A stretch of 59,404 nucleotides of DNA, the filler included, from Circinaria calcarea (Eukaryota), in NCBI GenBank assembly GCA_051942165.1. It is 11 parts of 11 records of this genome, joined end to end, with 100 filler letters (N's around TTAATTAATTAA, not from the genome) between each part and the next. Parts side by side here need not be neighbours in the genome. Positions count along the whole stretch, not along the records: positions 48,703 to 54,005 come from JAVECS010001954.1; positions 54,106 to 59,404 come from JAVECS010001955.1; 9 more parts are not named here. One strand, given 5' to 3'. Of the stretch, positions 50,747-59,404 are shown one piece after another. The notes beneath the pieces were generated by a model. That model did not search any database, had not been told where the DNA came from, and saw only the letters and a list, made by a program, of their open reading frames with translations. Position 1 is the stretch's first letter. Every line of letters begins with the position of its first letter. The position numbers were made by a program, and so were the translations under genes.

Positions 50747-51464
50747 ATGGCCACAAATGCCAAGGCAGGCGCTTCTCGGCAGCTCCTTTCGGCCAGAGGC
50801 GCAACAGCTGTCTCCAAGGTAAGCAACATCTAGAAGGCTCCACCAAAGATAAGATGCTAATATGGCTCAGAAATATACTGTGCAATCCACTGGCATCTGG
50901 GAACGTATACGAAGAGCACTTGCAATTGACCCAAATCGATCCACCGGTATACCTCTGAATCCTCAATATCGGAATCCACCCCCAGGTGCTATCCCGCCGC
51001 ACGAATACGATGACCCAGTCACTGTGCCCGCCGGAGACCTTGCAGAAAATCCATATTACAAACGAGACATGCGGAGGAATTATCCGCGTGCGAGCGTAGT
51101 AAATCAAGCCGATGTGGTGGGCCTTCTGACACTGGGTAGCCAGGCAAACCCAAAAGATAATGTTCTGCAGATAGGGGATGCAGGGGCAAAGCAACTGGTG
51201 CAGGTGAAGCAGGAAGGCGATGAGAAGGGATTGGCAGCATTCTTTGAAAAGGACAAGAAAAGCGTGACGAGTATTTTTGGACCGAATGGGTTACCCCCAT
51301 TTCCGAGTGGAATGAGTAGGGTGGCTCCAGATGGTGGGAGAAAATACGTGATGGATGTTGACAGAGAAGAGGGTTTCCCTGAGGAGTAAGTTTTGCGGAT
51401 CTCATACATATAATGGCATGGCTGACGGACGATATCTAGATATCCGTGCCGGACTTTCGTATGA
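50747..51464 (+). CDS. NADH-ubiquinone oxidoreductase 21.3-kDa accessory subunit (fungal complex I)
   Basis: K|KYTVQSTGIWERIRRALAIDPNRSTGIPLNPQYRNPPPG..DLAENPYYKRDMRRNYP..E|YPCRTFV*. Introns 50819-50870 and about 51386-51439. Confidence 0.9.
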
Positions 51465-51788
51465 CGGCAGTCACCGGCTACGTGGATTCATAAATTAGAG
51501 CCGCTTACATATACATATGATAAACAAACACGGCAAACGCTTAGTCGTCCATCTCCGTTAAACTCTTTGCTTTTCATTGTGAACCCGCGTCACCCACAAA
51601 ACTATCACTATTTTCTACAGAAGGTTCCGATATGCTGTAGTGTAGCTAATCATGTTTCATTTAATCACCCAATCGGTAAGCACTGGAATGGGCCTGTCAC
51701 CATCTCCTATCATGTCCAAACTCAAGAACTGGCTGATTTCCCCCCTACTCAGCTGAGAGACGCGCTAAGCGCTGCCAGCGCAGCGGTT

Positions 51789-53098
51789 ATGAGCATGGTC
51801 CATGGCCCCGCAGCAGAGCCTACGCTGCCGATACGAGAGTTTTATATGATTATGGACAGCATCTTCTTCGAGGTCGATCCTGCCATGGATGACCTTGCTA
51901 ACAGGCCGTACCGTGACATGAGGGCAGCTGAGAGCGTACAAGCCCTGAGACGTGAAAAGGGCCGCTTGCTAGCCAACATAGATGCACTTCAAGCGCGGTT
52001 GAGATCCTGGGAGGAGCGTCAGCCCATGATACTGCAGTATATGCGAGCCTTGGAGCCCCTCGTCAGGTGAGCTCAGATCTGCTTGCTTCCGCCACTCTTC
52101 CATCCATACTTATCCGAAAACGCAGAGAGTTGAGAAAAGCGCGCGAGATCCTACATGAGAATGGATACGATGTTTCCAGCATTGACGCCACTTTACAATC
52201 CATGAAGGACAAGTATGCGAACCGCACTTCCCAGAACGCAGGTGCAGACAGATCATCACACAAGGAGAGGCGAGTCGAGGAAGGATGGAGCGCAGTGATT
52301 GCTAGACCCTTTAACGCTGAAGAGGCGACTTCCTCTCAGAGAGGCGCGAGCAGAGATCTCATGCCACCACCTAGACTCCCTCTGCAGCAGAGGCAACACT
52401 CGGACACCGCTCATGACTACAACCCTAGTCAGCCTTACGATATTCCTCATCATCGTGGAACAATCTCGCCGAGTTTCGTCCCCACTCCTCGATCACATCA
52501 CGCTCGTCCCTACGGATATGGACATGTTGGAGGAGACATACTCCAAAATCCGTCTCCAAACTCTCGGCCATATCTTCGTACTTCACCATCATTCGAGGCG
52601 CCGTTTGATAACCGTCGTTTTGAACGTCCAGACACTGAGGCCATGTACTACCCTTCCGACCCCGAGGCAAGTAGATACCAAACTACCTATACCAATCGCC
52701 TACATCGAGCTGAACCCGAACCCGAACCCGAACCGCTTGAGTATATTGAGGACTATTTCAACCACCAACCCTGGTTCCAAAACTTTATGGATAAGTATGC
52801 TGCAAGCATCGCTCAAGAACGTGAATCCACGTCCCACGCAGCACCGCGTCAGCAACTCCCTGTCCAGCGTAGGTCCATAGTCGAAGACGGAGAACTAGAC
52901 CAACAGATACCTCGCACCCGCCTCCCACCACCAGTCACTCCCCGCCTCCAACCACCAGTCACTCCCCACCGTACTCCTGGCGCCTTCCGTTCGCATATCC
53001 ATACCAGCAGCAGTGTTACGTCTCCATTTTTCGGCAGGGATAGTGTGACAGCAGGCCCCTCGCGGGGCAACGTTTCCGGTCGTCTTGCCCGGCGTTAA
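51789..53098 (+). CDS. Hypothetical protein: coiled-coil N-terminus, low-complexity Pro/Ser-rich C-terminus
   Basis: Two long ORFs joined by a GTGAGC..CAG intron (about 52067-52125). Contains EPEPEP and a duplicated RLxPPVTP. Confidence 0.65.
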
Positions 53099-54105
53099 AT
53101 TGGATATGGGCAGCCAGGATACTGTCTGGGGGGTTGAGTCTTCAGCTACAGTTTGCATACTGGTTTGGAGAAATTGCATAGTTGTGCAGTAATGAGATGT
53201 TACTGGCAGGCAGCTATCAGCTGCAATTGATGGATAGCAAATTTGAAAGAACTCATGTCCCATGTGATCTTCTCAAACTCTCAGCGTACGTAACCATGAC
53301 TATTTGCACGAGATACCCGCCTCGAGCCCCCAGCCTTCCAAGTCCCTCAGCAGCATGTCAAAGAAAAATTTCACTTTTTTGCAAATCAGCTCCCCCCGCA
53401 ATCCGAATGTATCACATAGAGATAGAGAGCTACCCACCCAACACCTGATGAAAATCCATAGTCCAAACCCTTCCTTGCCCTCCTTCCTCGCCTTCTCTCC
53501 TCTGCGTACCATCCTGAAGAACTTCCATGAGGGATTTTTGCCTTCACCGCTACGATTTACAAAAGCTCGCAATGCCCCCCCCCTCCTCTCTTGGCTCTGA
53601 CAAAAGGGGCAGAGGTAGAGGTAGAAGGTAAGTGACTGAGAGTGCCGAGATATGTTGGTGTTTTGCGGCGGTGAAAGGGGGGTGAAAGGGGGGTGAGAAA
53701 GGGGAAGAATAGGGGAATTAGGAGGATATTGCCAAAAATGGGTAGCGGTTGTTTCCTAGCTATGTTACCTTACCTCTCTCATCTCTCCTCCCCCTCTCGG
53801 AATCCACAAAATTTCAGGCTAAACCCACGCACCAGTGTATCACGATTTTCCCAACCAAAACGAGAAAACGAAAAAGGAGAAAGGAAGGTTTCCTTTTTTT
53901 TTTCCCCCGCGAATATCTGCCACGCACCCCAGTTATGCCATTCTGAGCTCCCACGTACCCTACCGTATTACCCACGCATCCCCCCACCTCCTATTACTTC
54001 TATCCNNNNNNNNNNNNNNNNNNNNNNNNNNNNNNNNNNNNNNNNNNNNTTAATTAATTAANNNNNNNNNNNNNNNNNNNNNNNNNNNNNNNNNNNNNNN
54101 NNNNN

Positions 54106-55121
54106 TCGCCAACGCCATGCTGAGTAGCTGGTAGGGAGTCTTGCGTTGGAGGTAAGTATTGTGCAGGCTGGTCTCTAAAGAAAGTTGCCGAAGGTTCAAA
54201 TGGTTGTTGACTGCTGTTGGTTATGTATGGTGTTGAGTTCTTATAAGACACTGGATCCGCATCGTAACTATAGTCCAGGGGTACAAACATCGGTTGCCCG
54301 TCAGGATATTTATATGGCTGGGATGTGGATTTTGATGGTAGTGATGACACGGAAGGATGGTGCACATGACCATAGCCCTGGTAAGCGGAATGATTTGGGG
54401 AAGATGTCACATCGCTTGGTGGCGTGGGTTGAGGAAAGGCGGTTGATATGGCAGACGGTGGAAGGGTCGGAGATGATTGGTCAGACTCCACGTACCCTCC
54501 GAATCTGATGCCATAGTCGAAAGGCTGCGAGAAGGTGAATGATGTATGAGATCGGCCCCGCTCTTCAGCCTCTAGTAAAGTCGCCGACTTGGCAATGCGC
54601 CGAGAGTGTGCCGGGTAAAAGGGAGGAGGTAGCTGAAAGCCATGCCTCTCGATTCCGAAATCCTGGGTACTACGTTTGCTAGGTGAAGCTCGGCTGGCTG
54701 TAAAGCAGTCAGCTGGGCGGTTAACGAAGTCGTGGAAGTTCTCTCCATAGACAATGTCAACAGAATGCTATGAGAACGGAGGCTTACCCGTGGATTCGTC
54801 ATCTTCGATCTTCAGTGCCCCTAAATCAAGATCCAGCCCTCGATCCTCCGCCAGGAAAGAGAATCCCCGGTAATCGGATTTACCATCTGGCACCGGAGCT
54901 TTCCCTGACGGGTTTGCCTGGGGCTCAACGGGACCTTGCTCTACTTGTTGTGTGGAGACGTCCAAGGTCGGTGAGGATTTCACGTAATCTTTCTTTGGTC
55001 TTCTCTCGAGCGCTCGCGGTATTGCAGGTACAATTGGCTTTACTCGTTTTGCTTGGGTCGGTTTGGGGGTGGGAGTAAAACACTCGTCGCTTTCATCGTG
55101 TGCCATGAGGAAGGGTGCCAT
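54106..55121 (-). CDS. Hypothetical Pro/Ser-rich protein, 5' part (start uncertain)
   Basis: KRVKPIVPAIPRALERR exon, a GTAAGC..CTGAC..CAG intron, then RHGFQLPPPFYP and an open frame to the contig end. Confidence 0.7.
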
Positions 55122-55739
55122 CACAATCACACAAGAGCTGCCGTCATAGGGATCTGTAGCACTCGAATATGACACAGAGCATTGTCCCAAGCTTCAGAAC
55201 CTCACCACTGACAGAGAGGCGACTTCCAATGACCAGTACAAGCTCCTACTTTGGATGTGGGGGGTTTTCTGGACTTTGTCGTCACGGGCCGTATTTTTCT
55301 CCTGCCCCGCGTCGGTGTTCGGGACATGGAGTTCTACGGTAGCCGGTATTTGCCCATTCTTTAATCGGCACCTGCCCGTTCTTTAATAGACAGCAGAAGA
55401 CCACTAAACGATACATTGTCGGGAGCGGTGTATCAGGGGTCAGTGCTGCAAAGATAACCGACCGGTTCAGTGACTAGACAGGAACACAGAAAGTAATATC
55501 TGAAGATTTAAAAACTTTACTAAAATGGCGTCGTGATACATCATACATGTAATGCTGCGACACTTGATATACTGGGATCGGACGATCGAACCAGGTAATC
55601 ACCCTCCGAGTAATTATGCACATATGACCTCTTGGACTAAGGTGGGATATCACAGAATCAATAGGGGGAACAATGTTCCATCTTACACTCTTGTCCTCTT
55701 GTCCTTCGGTCACGTTAAGCCTTCACCAGCAATTTTGTA

Positions 55740-57183
55740 ACGTATTTTGCACAACGCGCAGAGACTAAAGTACCATTCCCAGTAGAATAATCGATCTGCA
55801 ATACAGTTGTGCGTTCCCAGGAACTTTCAGTATCATTCGAGATTACCCCTGAGACAAGGGTCCCAATAAGTACCCCAAGGCTATTATGCCAAAACACACC
55901 CATGCACGTGCCGAGAACTCCGAGACTTGGACTAAGGACTCACAACAGCACTCGGTAGTAACGAGACGAAGCCACCACTGAACAATCCGTATAGAATGAC
56001 AAATATTGTCAGACCCAGCATACTATCGATGCCGATCCTACCGAAACACAGGATGCTCGCAGCAAGTTAAGGGCTCCAGTGCGATCTGCGAAGCAGTTGG
56101 GGAGAATGCGGCTAGCGACTGATGCAGCGTTGAGTATTGGTATAGTATAGAAACCACAGTTCTCCATCGTAATCTTATTTTGGATTGAGAAGGATGGTAA
56201 ATAGAAGACAGGAGTATATGGGCCTGAAACAAGATAGCAAGAGGCCGATAGTAAATAGTAGGCATGGGAGCTCCTTGAACGCACTCGGCTCTATGAAAGC
56301 GCGCCTCTGGCTAGGGATCACCCTGAGACGCATGACACCGAGGGAAACAACGAGGCCTGCGAATGCGATAAGGCCGATGACTCTTGTAGCCCATGCGAAC
56401 CCAATATGAGGCCGAACCATCCGGAAGACGATAGGATAGATGATGCGACCTATGTACGTCAACTCAGTTGTTGAGTTGCAAGTCTTTCAAGCCCTCGTAC
56501 CCACACTGCTGCCACTGGCCGCCGCAATCCCTGTGCCGAAAGCCTTTCGCGTTGTAAAACACTGCAGTAATATGGCAAACGGCGGTACAACTATGCACCC
56601 GCTTGCAATTCCTATACATACTGGTTGGGCAAGCATAACATGCCAACCGTGCGTTGAGATAACTCGTCATCATAATTCCGAGGATTGTCAAAAATAATTA
56701 GGTACGTATAAGAGCTTGAAAGTATCTCGCATCATAAAGCGAACCTACCGCCATATCTATGAGCATAAGCAGAAAGGCAGGAATCGAACCAATCCATGCT
56801 ATATCGGAGGATGGCACCGGACCGAAGAATCCAGTTTGGTAGAAGGGTTGATAGGCACCGAAAGAGTTGACGATCCCTCTGCGATCCCTCTGCGAGCTCA
56901 TTAGATTGACGTTGTATCTGTTCAAAGTGTTTCTAGATAACATGAGTTCATATTTAAGAAAAGTGACCTAAGCACCTGCAGCCATGCCTGAAGTCTTCCA
57001 TTGGGGGGATCATTATTACTCAATGTATTCGATCGTCCGATCTCTACCTTCAAGTGTTCGCCGTTACTCTTTTGGCCATTCCAAGCTACACGTTCTTCTT
57101 TGGGAGTCTCATTGTCATTTGATAGGGTATTCGACCCCAAGGTTGGAAAATACCGACCATGTAGTCCGGATTCATTGTGACAT
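55740..57183 (-). pseudogene. Monocarboxylate-permease (MCT/Mch-type MFS) pseudogene
   Basis: PPNGRLQAWLQV..GIVNSFGAYQPFY..IAWIGSI..; in-frame TAA at 56698-56700 and several frameshifts before IGFAWATRVIG and ILNAASVASRILP. Confidence 0.85.
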
Positions 57184-57610
57184 GTCCGCATAATCATTAA
57201 ATCAAGAATGAGCCATAGGCCAGGGCAAGGTGGTGAACAAACTTCTAAATGTGATAATCAAACAAGACTGTCAGGAAAGTCAATACGACCTGTTGGCTTT
57301 TATGGAATCGTGGATGGATCCTAAGCAGGTATCCCACTCAACGAACTTTATAGCACGAAATGTTATAATACTAGCAGCTTCTTGCACGGACCGGAACTTT
57401 GGTAAGGAGATATGGGAACCCATTCTGTTTTATTAATTCCTTCTAGAGGAGTAAAGGATGCCGTCTGAACAGAAATCCTCGTGTACCAGTACGGGAGCCT
57501 AAGCCCAGTGTAGCCTCGGCTAAGTTTCTTCGGTTGTTCAGGCTCGCCTTTAGAACTAGTCCCTCCCTAGTTATCGTTACATAGTAGTAGTACGATTTAC
57601 CAGTTACGCC

Positions 57611-58671
57611 ATGGGTAACGATGGTGGGAGGTAAGTTTTTTGAGCATGTCGTTTACATATGTGGGCGTATTATACTAATCAGACTTCAGTATACCAAAGA
57701 GGCGCGAGTTGGTCAAAGAAGCAGCGCTGAAGCCCAACACCACACAGATCAAAGAAACCCAGCAAGAGCAGCAAGAATACCACTGGACAACTTGCCCCCT
57801 TTCGCATCAACCCCTCAAGCCTCCGATAGTCTCAGACTCGTCGGGTAAGCTGTACAATAAGGATGCTATCCTTGAATTCCTCTTGCCACTTGGGGATGGC
57901 ACTCCAGGCATGAGCAAATCCGATAATGAGGAAGTGCTTGAGGGACGGGTACGGAGCCTTCGTGATGTAGTGGAAGTAAGATTGCAGACCGAGGAAGAGA
58001 GCGAGGCCAATCCAAGTGGAAAAGCCAGCCCAAGGGGGTTGAAATGGGTATGCCCCGTCACCAACAAAGCGTTAGGACCTGGTGTAAAGGCTGTGTATTT
58101 AGTACCCTGTGGTCATGCGTTCTCAGAAAGTGCAATAAAGGAAATGGCCGGGGAGAATTGTTTACAGGTGTGTGGATGATCTACCAGCGGCGTATTGGCT
58201 AATATGATTCAGTGTAACGAGCCATACGACCCGAATAACATGATTACTATACTCCCAGTTACTCCCTCGGACAAAGAACGCCTAGCTGCGCGAGCTCAGA
58301 CGCTCAGGAGCCTAGGGCTCACTCACTCTCTCAAGAAAGTCGCAGGGTCTGGAAAGAAGCGGAAGAAGAACGGTGACATCAACGTAGTGGAAGTGATAGA
58401 GGAAGGGCCTTTGATGGAGAAAGACGTTGCATTGAAGACCAAAGGCTCTCACGAAAGTAAGGGCATTGCGAATATTAGCGGAGGTATCAAAAACACTGCT
58501 ACAGCGTCACTTACAGCAAAGGTCTTAGCCGAGGAGGAAGAACGCGTCAAGCGAAGGAAGAGGGAGCCTAACGAGAACTTGAAGACCTTATTCTCGTCGG
58601 GTACAAGGAAACATAGGGATGGCGACTTCATGACACGGGGATTCTCCATACCCGCTGGCGCGAGGCATTAG
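57611..58671 (+). CDS. RTF2: Replication termination factor 2 / DUF602 RING-like protein
   Basis: MGNDGG|SIPKRRELVK, WTTCPLS..GKLYNKDAILEFLL, CPVT, VPCGHAFSE, CLQ|CNEPY, DFMTRGFSIP. Introns 57631-57689 and 58168-58212. Confidence 0.93.
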
Positions 58672-59105
58672 TCAGAATACAAAGGGTGGGACGGCGTTGG
58701 CATCAAGTTTCACAACATAACACCAATGATTTACGAACTGCCATTAGGGTTTCTCAAGATCACAGGTTTTCGAAGGCCTATGTTAAAAGCTGCACATGAC
58801 TCGATGGCGTGTGTGAAGTTGTAGATAGGCTTCTTAATGCGTAAGCTGTTACTGAGCCACGACTTGGCAGCTCAATCGTAAAACAATGCTGGGAGATGCC
58901 GTGAAGTATAAAATTGTCGGATCTACAAAATCTTCTGATTGGATGTCCCTGTAATTTTATTGCAGCCCCCCTGACCAAGCCCTTCGCCAAGAATGGTACA
59001 CGCCTGAGTTGGGCCTTTCCAACAACGACACTGTCCCGCGTAAACATTTAGCTACTCCGGATAATATATATTTACAACGTCAACCGACGAGCTTGGCACC
59101 GAACA

Positions 59106-59404
59106 ATGAGAAAGCTCAACAATTTGGCGGTGCTGTTCACAACAGCACCATGCCTTGTCTATACAGCCGAACAGGCCCGTCCTCGCGGTGTTGGGCCAGA
59201 TTGTAAGCATCAGCCCGCCGTCCGGAGGGCAGCGTGGGATTTACTCTAGAGAACTGACCCAAGGCACACAGTCGCGAAATTCTACAAGGCGACAGACAGT
59301 TTTCTCTGCATCTCCAATCCCTCCATCGGACTTGCTCCGTCACAAGTCAACGATGATTACTGCGATTGCCCCGATGGCTCGGACGAACCGGGCACCTCCG
59401 CATG
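59106..59404 (+). CDS. GTB1: Glucosidase II beta subunit, 5' end
   Basis: Signal peptide, RPRGVGPD|FAKFY (intron 59203-59271), VNDDYCDCPDGSDEPGTSA. Not in the ORF track. Confidence 0.93.

Overview
Filamentous ascomycete (Pezizomycotina) nuclear DNA with short GT-AG introns and CTAAC/CTGAC branch sites; some hypothetical families look lichen-fungus-like, which is inference only. The window is not one locus. It is 11 unrelated contigs of about 5.3 kb, sorted by decreasing length and joined by an artificial 100-nt linker (N44-TTAATTAATTAA-N44), so gene neighbourhoods mean something only within a contig. Recognisable genes, many cut at contig ends: PHO84, AP-1 mu, NOB1, a HET-domain gene, an MpaB-like oxygenase, a CFA synthase, REX4, an MFS transporter, a GNAT, PFS2, a DGAT1-type acyltransferase, an RTA1-like protein, Tctex-1, an SDR, the complex I 21.3-kDa subunit, RTF2 and glucosidase II beta. 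There are also pseudogenes (CDK10/11-like kinase, MCT-type MFS), a RIP-like mutated Tc1/mariner carrying two different nested solo LTRs, a MITE-like element and two tandem arrays. I cannot demonstrate a complete new biological system. The best leads are: (1) a frameshifted fungal gasdermin-like relic on a contig with an orphan ankyrin fragment; (2) an oversized, helix-rich last intron of AP-1 mu with an H/ACA-like layout; (3) a strong-context 17-codon uORF ending 2 nt before the MFS transporter start codon.
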